From: Dehalococcoidia bacterium
GTDB taxonomy: Bacteria > Chloroflexota > Dehalococcoidia > Lucifugimonadales > UBA3495
NCBI GenBank assembly: GCA_030740155.1
Contig: JASLXV010000079.1
Span: forward strand, 1 to 57,185
Length of the DNA: 57,185 bases
Reading direction: 5' to 3'
This document shows, piece by piece, positions 10,845 through 18,971 of this stretch (the stretch's first letter is position 1; the number at the start of each line of letters is the position of its first letter). The translations under genes were made by a program, and so were the position numbers. The notes beneath the pieces are model-generated. The model made no database searches and was not told where the DNA came from. It was given only the letters and a program-made list of their open reading frames with translations.

Positions 10845-11486
10845 CTAGCCATCTGAGGGCACCGACCCATTGAAACGGGCCTCCAGGTCCGCCAGCAGCT
10901 TCTGCTCGCCCGAACTCAAATCCCGGGTTACCCAGTCAACTATCCAGCGGGGGTCGTCGGCCTGATCGTCGATTAAGAGGGCCCTGGCCACCGTGAGCTG
11001 CTGCTCCTCGGTCAGCCGCTGGCGCACCATGGGCAGGACCAATGCCTCCTCGGATTCCAGGTGGTCTTCCTGAGTTATCCGCAGGGAGACTACCTGCCGG
11101 TAAAGGTGTTGCTTCGTGCGGGTGATGATGCTGGTCGCTCCAATATCCTCGTCCAGCACTGTCAGCACCTCTTGGACTTGTTCGACCAACTCCTCGTGTT
11201 CGGCATCCTCCTGGGCCAACAGGGCCATTTTCACCCTCACCGATAATTCCGCTTCCCCGCCTTCCGACTCTTCTCGCTTGCCCATATCGGCGCCCATCTC
11301 CGCTTCGGCGTGATACAAGAGGGCCGTTGCCCAAGAGTTGAAAGCCAGCTTGAAGGTTTGCAGGCTGCTGCCGTCCTCCAGGTCTACCACCGCCTTTTCC
11401 GTTCGGACGGCCTCGGCGCGCAGCGCCTTGTGGATCAGAAACATCACATCTAAAGGTTGCTCTAGGCTGGTGATTTCGGACGACAT
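10845..11486 (-). CDS. Hemerythrin/HHE-domain protein, shorter paralog
   Basis: IHKALR, LLYHAEAE, EHEEL, DHLESEE, DDPRWI. Clearly similar to 9815-10594. Confidence 0.75.
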   Translation of the reverse strand: MSSEITSLEQPLDVMFLIHKALRAEAVRTEKAVVDLEDGSSLQTFKLAFNSWATALLYHAEAEMGADMGKREESEGGEAELSVRVKMALLAQEDAEHEELVEQVQEVLTVLDEDIGATSIITRTKQHLYRQVVSLRITQEDHLESEEALVLPMVRQRLTEEQQLTVARALLIDDQADDPRWIVDWVTRDLSSGEQKLLADLEARFNGSVPSDG

Positions 11487-11979
11487 CCGAGACCTCCTCA
11501 GTGATGTTGCTCCAGTGATGTTGCTCCGTTTCCAACCGGCCGTACCCGCAGCCGAGACACCAAGAATCGTTTCGCCTCCTCTGGGGCCCGCGCCTCAGAG
11601 AATACTGGATGTTGATATGAATCCGGTTATTATATTGGTTATTTGAGGGATTGTCACATCATATAAGAATCAATTCTCCTTTGACTGGAAATCAGGGTTC
11701 GGAGCACGAAACCTTTGGTCATTTCGTTCACTCGGGCGGTCCTGCCTCCGGAGTCTCGTTTCGGGCCGAGTTTCGCTCGCCGACGACCGGGCCCCCGGAA
11801 ATGAAAAAGGATTATCTTGGGCAACACCGCCGGGGACGAAGCGAGCCGCCGGAAGGCTGGATCGGGGAATGCGCCGGGGGCCTTGACCCCACCCGGGAGC
11901 TGGACGATCCTTCCCAATCGCGTTGGCCAGGAGCGCGGCCTGCCAAGCCCGGAAGGCGGGCATCGCGTTCCCAGCGTGG

Positions 11980-12164
11980 GATTTCCCGGCGCACCGCGTC
12001 TCGTTCAGCATCTCACGAAAGACCTGCTTCGGTGGCAGGTCCAAAGAGTAGCTGAACCGAACTGACAACTTGAACTGATCGCCTTACTAAGGACCCCTCC
12101 ACCGCATCGACCGACCGCTGCCGAAGGCCAACCCCTCGCCGGGCACAGGGTGCGGCCCGGAATC
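11980..12164. ncRNA. Candidate structured RNA, possibly 6S-like
   Basis: About 185 nt. Terminal stem 11980-11995 / 12149-12164, internal stem 12028-12041 / 12113-12125, unpaired bubble between them. Lies in an 800-bp intergenic gap. Confidence 0.35.
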
Positions 12165-12186
12165 TTGGCGCAGACTACTTACCGTC

Positions 12187-12224
12187 TACCACCGGGGCGC
12201 TATTCATTCAACGCCCCGGTGGTA
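12187..12224. repeat. 13-bp perfect inverted repeat (hairpin, terminator or operator)
   Basis: taccaccggggcg-N12-cgccccggtggta downstream of the aquaporin gene; no U-tract on the appropriate side. Confidence 0.55.
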
Positions 12225-12297
12225 AAACCGGGCACCAGGGGACGCCAGACATTCAACGATGTTGGAAGCGGCTGGAGGAGTTCCGTCTATCCGCCAG

Positions 12298-13074
12298 TTA
12301 TCTCTTGCCCCACAGTCTCCCCGTGAACACTCCATCGTAGATTATTCCGGCAATGGCGGCCCCGCCCAACGGCCCAACCCAGTAGATCCAGTGGTCCGTC
12401 CACATCTCGGCAGCCAACGCCGGACCCAAAGCCCGGGCCGGATTCATGGCCGCTCCGGTCAATCCCCAGGCCAGGAGAGTCCCCACGACCACAATCAGGC
12501 CCACGGCTATCGGAGCGACGGGTGACGCCCCTTCACCGGGACCGATGACGGCCGCCAACATCACGAAGACCAGGACGAAGCCGAGGATCAACTCGATGAC
12601 CAGGGCCGACCCAAGGTTATCCACCGCGATCGGATTCCACGCCACGCCACCCAAATTCCCTTCGATGCCTATCGCGACGTCAGTCAGCACCACCTTGAGA
12701 ATATATGAGGCGACGATGGCGCCGGCTACTTGGCCAATCACATACACGACGCCTTTGGCCACGCCCATGCGTCCGGTGACCACGGCGCCAAAGGTTACCG
12801 CCGGATTGATGTGCCCACCGGAGATACCGACGGTCAGGGCCACCAATGCCATGTAGGTGAACCCCAAGGCCAAGGCGATTGCCACTAGTCTGGCACTGCC
12901 GGTCAAGACCGTGGCATCCGCCGCCACGTTGCCGGAAAGGACGTCCAGGGCACCCGTGGCGATGATGGCGCCCGTCCCGACGAGAACGAACACCAAGACG
13001 CCGATGGTCTCTGCCACCACCCCTCTCCACGTGTCGACTGACGTGAGGTCTCCAATGCCCAGTATTTTGTCCAT
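12298..13074 (-). CDS. MIP/aquaporin family channel
   Basis: ISGGHINPAVT and AAMNPARALGP (two NPA motifs), HWIYWVGPL. Confidence 0.92.
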   Translation of the reverse strand: MDKILGIGDLTSVDTWRGVVAETIGVLVFVLVGTGAIIATGALDVLSGNVAADATVLTGSARLVAIALALGFTYMALVALTVGISGGHINPAVTFGAVVTGRMGVAKGVVYVIGQVAGAIVASYILKVVLTDVAIGIEGNLGGVAWNPIAVDNLGSALVIELILGFVLVFVMLAAVIGPGEGASPVAPIAVGLIVVVGTLLAWGLTGAAMNPARALGPALAAEMWTDHWIYWVGPLGGAAIAGIIYDGVFTGRLWGKR

Positions 13075-13663
13075 CGGTCTACCTCCTTTAGACAGTTATC
13101 CAAGCCGATGCCGGACTGTGCCGGCACAACTCCCTCGGTGGTGCCGGCCCCGCGGGCCGGCGTTCTTGGCAGGCTCCCGGCGTACCCAGGGGCAAAAGAA
13201 CAATTGGGGCAACGGCACTTCTGCGCCGGAGCCCCACTGCACCCATCCCGCCGGTCCCGACGAAAAGTGTGTATCGGATGGCTAGTTTACGTCGAGTGAC
13301 AAGCTAAATATCGATAGAAGCTTCCCAATATCATTGAGTGCCCCGAGGCTACCATGGAAACCAAGATTTTGCAATGCAATCCTGCATCCTAATTCGGCCA
13401 CACCTGAATAGGCGGGCCCCGGCTGACGCTCAGGCGATGCGGTTCTCCAATTTCATAGCCAACACGTCATTGCTGAGACCGAGGGTTGTGGGCAGCTTGG
13501 TTCTGATCCCGGATAGAGGCGCGTCCGGGGCCGAGTCTCGCAAGCCGGCGACAGCCATCAGGAGGACCCCGGCGCCAATCGCGCTTACGGCCCGGCCCCG
13601 CGCCGGACTTCCAGTTGTCATCAGCAACCCTTCATGTGCATCAGACATTTGTAAACCCAGCCC

Positions 13664-14524
13664 TCATGCCAGCGACTCCAGGAACCGGTCGACCGGCATC
13701 CAGTCGCCATGGCTTGGCAACTCTCCTCCACCCCAGTCCCGCAGGTGCTCTTCCGACCGGAAGAGGTTATTATTGCCTCAGGTGCCGCCCCGGTAGACGA
13801 CGGTCTCATCCGGGGACACGCGAGCCAGCGCTCCGTCCGCAACGCCGATCTGAATCCGGTCCACACAATGGGCGCAGGCGTCGTCGAGGGTCAGCGACCG
13901 TCCCCGGTACTGGCTGCTGACCAGCAGCAAGAAGTCCACGGCTCAGGATATTCCGAACCGCTCTCCCGTATCCAGAGTCACCGTATGGAAGGAAAACCCA
14001 AGCCCATCCAGCAGGCGCTCGTGACCTTCGTTAAGGGAGTAGTGAGCGGCGCGCCAGCCATCCTCGATGAAAAGGAAGTCGATCAGGCCCAGCATGCGGA
14101 GGGCACGGTGAACACCCTGAACCGTGAGACCGAGAACCGCCGCTGTCTCCTCGGGGCGGGGCAGTGACAAACCCTCGCGGTGGGCCATCAAAATATGCCG
14201 CGCCACCAGTTTCTCATCCTCGGAGAGCAGGATAGATGCCGGGTGCCAGGTATCCACCTGGTCAGCCCATCGCTTGGAGAACCCCCCCTCCCCGGCCAGG
14301 GCTTCATCCGGCAGCCGTCCTAGGGACGCCAATATCTCGCGCTGCTTTTCGGGGCCGAGGAGCGTGCCGCGCCACTGCCCCTCCAGCCGGCCGGCCAGCC
14401 GCCAGCGCAGGCCCGGATCGTCGGGGAGGCCCAACCGCTCCATGGCCTGAGGGATGCTGGTGAGGCGCAAGCCGGTGGACCAGTCCGAGGTCAGAACATC
14501 TTCCAGCCGGTGTTCGGATTCCAA
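13664..14524 (-). CDS. MerB-like organometallic lyase selenoprotein, 286 aa with two Sec (U194, U249)
   Basis: Reading through TGA 13943-13945 and TGA 13778-13780 gives GERFGISUAVDFLL...DDACAHC...VSPDETVVYRGGTUGNNNLFRSEEHLRDW, which aligns to MerB WCALD...SHC...FCCHVHFF..W. Each TGA is followed by a SECIS-like hairpin. Confidence 0.8.
13748..13765 (-). promoter_or_regulatory. SECIS-like hairpin for the second UGA of the MerB-like gene
   Basis: CUCUUCC-GGUC-GGAAGAG, starting 12 nt after the UGA. Confidence 0.8.
13913..13928 (-). promoter_or_regulatory. SECIS-like hairpin for the first UGA of the MerB-like gene
   Basis: GCUGCU-GGUC-AGCAGC, starting 14 nt after the UGA. Confidence 0.8.
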
Positions 14525-14527
14525 AAC

Positions 14528-14935
14528 CTACTCCACGCAACAGGCCATCATCGATACATCGTGGGTGAAGGCCTGGGCCACCCGTTTGATGCCTTCACTA
14601 AAGGTCCGAAAAACGTGCAGAGTATCGATGAGGTCGTCAACGGTCAGGCCGAACTTCACGGCTAGGGTGGCCTCATGAATCAAGTCGGCCGCGTTGGGCG
14701 CGACGATGTGCACCCCCAGGACCTTGGAGCTTCGCGGGTGGATGGCCATCTTGAAGACTCCCCGTTCCTCTTTGAGGGCCTGGGCCTTGGGAACGGCATC
14801 CATGTAGATGGTGCGACAAGAGCAGGCGTTGAAGCGCTGCATCTCCTGGTCCTCGGTGAGGCCCACGGCGGCCACCTGGGGATTGGTGAACACGGCGTGG
14901 GGTACGTGCTCGTAGTTGATGCTGCGCACCGGCAC
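14528..14935 (-). pseudogene. merA: Mercuric reductase (MerA) C-terminal dimerisation domain only; FAD/NADPH domains missing
   Basis: [29 protein letters not shown]-like [20 protein letters not shown]-terminal MACCVE vicinal cysteines. No room for the N-terminal domains because the glutaredoxin stops at 14979. Confidence 0.75.
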
Positions 14936-14978
14936 GGTCCCATTGGGCGGTTCTTCGTTGACTCGGGCGCCGGGCAGG

Positions 14979-15215
14979 TTATGCCGCCAGCAACCTCTCG
15001 AGCTTTTGGCGGTCGAAGCCGACGACCACCTCTCCATCTATCACGGTAACCGGCGTGGTCAGAACCCCGATTCTGGTCAGTTCAGTCATGGCCGAGGCAT
15101 CGTTGATGATGTCCCTCACCTGGAATGAGATACCGGTCTGGGAAAGAAACTCTTCCGTGCGGTCACAGAAGTGTCAACCATCGGGCTGAACGTAAAGGAG
15201 AACACGAGGGGCCAT
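14979..15215 (-). CDS. Glutaredoxin/NrdH-like selenoprotein with UHFC active site (78 aa, absent from the ORF track)
   Basis: GGAGG RBS, then [36 protein letters not shown]...[32 protein letters not shown] at 15174-15176. Has the cis-Pro TP motif and the Grx C-terminal GFD motif. Confidence 0.88.
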
Positions 15216-15305
15216 GTATTTGCCTCCGCTGGTATTGGTTCCGGGTTGCTCGAAGATCGGGCCGGCTCCGACAGTAGCCGCCGTTTCCCGGCCGGATTGA
15301 CCTGG

Positions 15306-15791
15306 TCAAAGGCCCCGGCCGCTTCCTCTGGCCCCCGCCTTTCCTACCCGGCGGTCGTCGAGCCAGCCCACGGCTGCCTCCCCTTCGGCGGGTGCGCTTC
15401 CCTCGATGATCCCGCATATGTCTCCGCCTAACGGTCTGCAGTCCACCAGGCCGCCCGCCTGGTCTCGCAGCGTGGAAAGCTCGGCCCGGAACTCATGGAG
15501 TTCCGCGATGGCCTTCTCAACCTGGGACAGTTTTTCTTCGAGAAGCGTTCGAACATGGACGCACGTGGGTTCCCGGCGGTCGTGTAGCTGCAGGACGCTC
15601 TTGATCTCACTCAGCGAGAGGCCAAGGCGTTTGGCTTTTAGAACGAAGTCCAGCCGTTTCGCATCGGCTTCGCCGTAGACCCTGTATCCGGACGTGGTGC
15701 GGACAGGCTCGGGCAGCAAGCCCTCCCCTTCGTAGAAGCGGATGGTTTTCGCCGTCAGGCCAGTTGCCGCCGCCAGCTCACCGATTCTCAC
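15306..15791 (-). CDS. MerR-family heavy-metal-responsive transcriptional regulator
   Basis: RIGELAAATGLTAKTIRFYEGEGLL HTH. Three-Cys pattern PTC...DC-x7-C as in divalent-metal sensors (MerR/ZntR/CadR). Confidence 0.92.
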   Translation of the reverse strand: MRIGELAAATGLTAKTIRFYEGEGLLPEPVRTTSGYRVYGEADAKRLDFVLKAKRLGLSLSEIKSVLQLHDRREPTCVHVRTLLEEKLSQVEKAIAELHEFRAELSTLRDQAGGLVDCRPLGGDICGIIEGSAPAEGEAAVGWLDDRRVGKAGARGSGRGL

Positions 15792-15820
15792 AGGCCAACC
15801 TCCAGAGACCGCCTGAATCG

Positions 15821-15852
15821 ATTATAAACCTTCCATTTGAATGGAAGGTCAA
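15821..15852 (-). promoter_or_regulatory. MerR-type promoter/operator
   Basis: Minus strand TTGACC, 20-nt spacer, TATAAT, with dyad ACCTTCC-N8-GGAAGGT (15828-15849) in the over-long spacer. Confidence 0.9.
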
Positions 15853-16270
15853 GGGGGGTGATTCTGGTCCCGGAGTGAGGTTTGATGCGTGGCGGGGATA
15901 GGGGGTTAATTCGTACCCACCAGCTTTCCATTAATTAGGTGGAACCGGGGAGCGGCCGCCGGAGCCTTGCGCCTCCTTCTATTTGACAGCTAACAGATAT
16001 GCAACTATCCTAACGTCGATCCGTGGTTTGGCTGGTGCGAGAAGGCTGGCTCTACCGTGGCTTGATCCGCAAACCCGTCCATCCAGCATCCATCCCGCCA
16101 TGCTCTGGGGAAACCGGCGCGTGGCAGGTGAAAAGGCGGACGTCCGCGTTGGCGAAGCGCCGGCCAACCCTTGGCCAAGGTGCGGAGTCCCCGCCGCTTT
16201 CCGGCCCGCATCGGGCCGGCTTTTCGACCAAATTGCCCAATTCATTCTTTCTTTAAGTAAGGTGGAAATC

Positions 16271-17602
16271 ATGTCCCCATGGCGAAGCCGGATGCCGTTT
16301 CTGCTGGTGTTGCTGTTCTCCCTGGCGGCCTTGTCTTTGGCCGCGTGTGGCGGCGGGGAACCGACAGCGATCGTGATTGAGGTGGAGAAGGTGGTGGAAC
16401 GGACGGTCGAAGTCGAGAAGCAGGTAGTCGTCGTGGCGACCCCGACCCCGGCGGCTCCGGCTGGGCCGCCCATAAAAGTTGGAGTTCTCTACGGGCTGAG
16501 CAGCATAGCGGCCGTCTATACCCAGGGAGCGGTGAAGGGCCACAACCTGGCGGTAAGCGAAATCAACGCCGCGGGCGGCGTCTTGGGGCGCCCGATGGAA
16601 CTGGCCGTGCGGGAGACGCACCTTAGCCCCACGGTGGCCCTTCGAGAGACCCAGTCCCTGGTCCTGGAGGAGGATGTCGACTTTCTCATGGGGACGATCA
16701 GCAGCGGAGTAGCCCAGGCTGTGTCCGAGTTTGCCAAAGAGAATGAGATCATCTTCATCGACTCTCTGGCCCAGTCTTCATCGACCACCGCCGATCTGGG
16801 CCACCGCTACGTCTTCCGCAGCTCCACGGATACCGTCATATCCGGCCGGGCCGTGGCGACGGTGATGGCGGAGCGGCCGGAAACCAGGTACGTGACCATC
16901 GGGCCCGACTACGCCTTCGGGCACGACGCGGTCAACGACTTTATGGGCAAATTGCAGGAGTTGAAGCCCGAGGTGGAGGTGGTTGCCGAGCTGTGGCCAC
17001 CCATGTTGAATCCCGACTTCACCCCTTTCATCACCGCTATCCTGGAGGAGAAGCCCGACGCCGTCTACGCCTCCATGTGGGGCGGGGACCAGATCAACTT
17101 CATCAAGCAAGCCATCCCCTTCGGGTTCTTCGACGAGACGACGCTGGTGACCTACAACATGGACCTGGATATCCTCAAAGCCGTGGGCGCGGAGATGCCG
17201 GAGGGCATAGTCGCCGGCTCCGGCTTCCCTTGGTACAGCCTGGACACCCCGGCGGCCCAGAGGTTCACCAGGGATTACTTCAACGCCACGGGTGAGCAGC
17301 CGATGATCGGCGCCCTGCAGGGGTATAATGCCACCTACTTCCTGGCGGAGGCTATCGAGAAGGCGGGCACCACCGAGACCGAGGCGGTGGCCGACGCTCT
17401 GGAAGACTTGACCATCGATACCCCAACCGGCCGGGCAACCATCCGAGCCTTCGATCATCAGGCCGACCCGATGATCTGGGTGGGGAGCAGTACCCAAAGC
17501 GAGGAATACCCCTTCCCAATACTCACTGATCTCGTCCCGGTGTCGGGAAGCGATGTGATCCTCAGTATCGCCGAGGTTGAAGCGCGCCGAGCGGGGAAAT
17601 AG
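16271..17602 (+). CDS. Branched-chain amino acid-type ABC transporter substrate-binding lipoprotein
   Basis: Lipobox LAAC, INAAGGVLGR, PDYAFG, FDHQA. Confidence 0.9.
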   Translation: MSPWRSRMPFLLVLLFSLAALSLAACGGGEPTAIVIEVEKVVERTVEVEKQVVVVATPTPAAPAGPPIKVGVLYGLSSIAAVYTQGAVKGHNLAVSEINAAGGVLGRPMELAVRETHLSPTVALRETQSLVLEEDVDFLMGTISSGVAQAVSEFAKENEIIFIDSLAQSSSTTADLGHRYVFRSSTDTVISGRAVATVMAERPETRYVTIGPDYAFGHDAVNDFMGKLQELKPEVEVVAELWPPMLNPDFTPFITAILEEKPDAVYASMWGGDQINFIKQAIPFGFFDETTLVTYNMDLDILKAVGAEMPEGIVAGSGFPWYSLDTPAAQRFTRDYFNATGEQPMIGALQGYNATYFLAEAIEKAGTTETEAVADALEDLTIDTPTGRATIRAFDHQADPMIWVGSSTQSEEYPFPILTDLVPVSGSDVILSIAEVEARRAGK

Positions 17603-17678
17603 CCTTGCAGCGGAAGGTTCCAAGTACCGGTGCGGAATTAGCCCGGTACCGGTTATCGAGAATTGCCTAAATGATCGT

Positions 17679-17741
17679 CCGTTCACCTTGAGCTTGTCGA
17701 AGGCCGAGGGGCCGGCGGTTCGACAAGCTCACCACGAACGG
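17679..17741. repeat. REP-like element (gagcttgtcgaa / ttcgacaagctc family)
   Basis: ccgttc..gagcttgtcgaa ... ttcgacaagctc..gaacgg inverted repeat; a partial copy lies near 9090-9105. Confidence 0.65.
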
Positions 17742-17813
17742 TATCTGGGACGCCGGGCATTGACCGGTCATTGAGAGGGAGCCCGAGCGTCTGGTAATGG
17801 CTTCATCCTCAGA

Positions 17814-17881
17814 CCGTCATCCCGGCGAAGGCCGGGATCCAAGGAAGCACTGCTGGATTCCGGCCTTCGCCGGAAAGACGG
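17814..17881. repeat. REP-like doublet (ccggcgaaggccgg family)
   Basis: ccgtcatcccggcgaaggccgggatcc...ggattccggccttcgccggaaagacgg; the same element occurs at about 21770, 21945 and 39315-39456. Confidence 0.8.
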
Positions 17882-18014
17882 ATGTCGGGCGGGATTCCGG
17901 CAGGGGCCGGAGAGACGACCGTGGGGATGGAATGTGGCGCAATCTCAGAGATGTAAAACTGGTTACAGGACAGTACGTTAGCCATCCGGGCCCGCCCGTT
18001 CCAGCCACCTGATT

Positions 18015-18938
18015 ATGCTGCTGAGCGTATCAAGTTTCACCTCCTGCCTCTCCGACCCGGGCTGCGTGGTCTTCCAGCTCCTGGGCGGCCTCTCGATGGC
18101 CATGGTACTCTTCCTCATCGCCTCCGGGCTCAGCCTGATCTTCGGGGTGTTGGGGATCGTCAACTTTGCCCACGGCTCCATGTACATGATGGGCGCCTTC
18201 ACCGCTTACTGGCTCGTTTCCCGGTTCGCCGACACTCCGGGGCACTTCTGGATCGCCCTGGCCCTGGCGCCCCTGATCGTCGCCCTGATCGGCGGGGCCG
18301 TTGAGGTGGTGCTGCTGCGCCGCATCTACCGGCGCCCCCATTTCCACCAGTTCCTGCTGACATTTGGCCTCATTCTCATTATCGCCGACGTGATGCGGAT
18401 GTCCTTCGGAGGGGAGTTCAAGTCCATCAGCCGCCCCGATCTCCTCTCGGGGTCCGTGTCCGTCATGGGGCGTCCCTTCCCCGAATACAATATCTTCCTC
18501 ATCGTCGTGGCGCTGGCGGTGGCCCTGGGTATGTGGCTGCTGCTGCAGCGAACCGGTCTGGGCAGGACCATCCGGGCGGCCGCTTCGGACCGGGAGATGA
18601 CCAGCGCTCTTGGGGTCAACGTTCCCTTACTATTCACGATAGTCTTTGCCCTGGGGGCCGGACTCGGCGGACTGGCGGGCGCCCTGGACGCCGGACGAGG
18701 GGTGGCCATCTCCCCCACCATGGACGTGCAGATCATATTGCTGGCATTCATCGTGGTGGTGGTCGGAGGGTTGGGCAGCTTCGGCGGCTCGCTGCTGGGG
18801 GCTCTCATCATCGCCGAGGTCACCACCTTTGGGGTCCTCCTGGTTCCTCAGTTTGCCCTGGCGTTCGTCTTCGTGATAATGGCCGTGGCCCTGCTGCTGC
18901 GGCCCTGGGGGCTTCTGGGCAAGCCCCTGGAGGAGTGA
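18015..18938 (+). CDS. Liv-type ABC permease (LivH-like)
   Basis: GLSLIFGVLGIVNFAHG, GRTIRAA, VVVGGLGS, RPWGLLG. Confidence 0.9.
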   Translation: MLLSVSSFTSCLSDPGCVVFQLLGGLSMAMVLFLIASGLSLIFGVLGIVNFAHGSMYMMGAFTAYWLVSRFADTPGHFWIALALAPLIVALIGGAVEVVLLRRIYRRPHFHQFLLTFGLILIIADVMRMSFGGEFKSISRPDLLSGSVSVMGRPFPEYNIFLIVVALAVALGMWLLLQRTGLGRTIRAAASDREMTSALGVNVPLLFTIVFALGAGLGGLAGALDAGRGVAISPTMDVQIILLAFIVVVVGGLGSFGGSLLGALIIAEVTTFGVLLVPQFALAFVFVIMAVALLLRPWGLLGKPLEE

Positions 18939-18971
18939 GGGTTGAACATCTGCGGTCCGATGGGGAAGAGA

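Noticed and set aside
11670..12068. 132-aa minus-strand ORF in the intergenic gap
   Set aside because: TTG start, no recognisable motifs, and it overlaps the structured RNA candidate.
13430..13666. Third in-frame TGA of the MerB-like gene, followed by an in-frame 72-aa ORF
   Set aside because: The MerB-like domain is already complete, no GGUC-type hairpin follows, and there is no Cys-equivalent context. Treated as the true stop.
14936..15037. N-terminal part of ORF 14528-15037
   Set aside because: It overlaps the glutaredoxin in another frame and has no MerA similarity.
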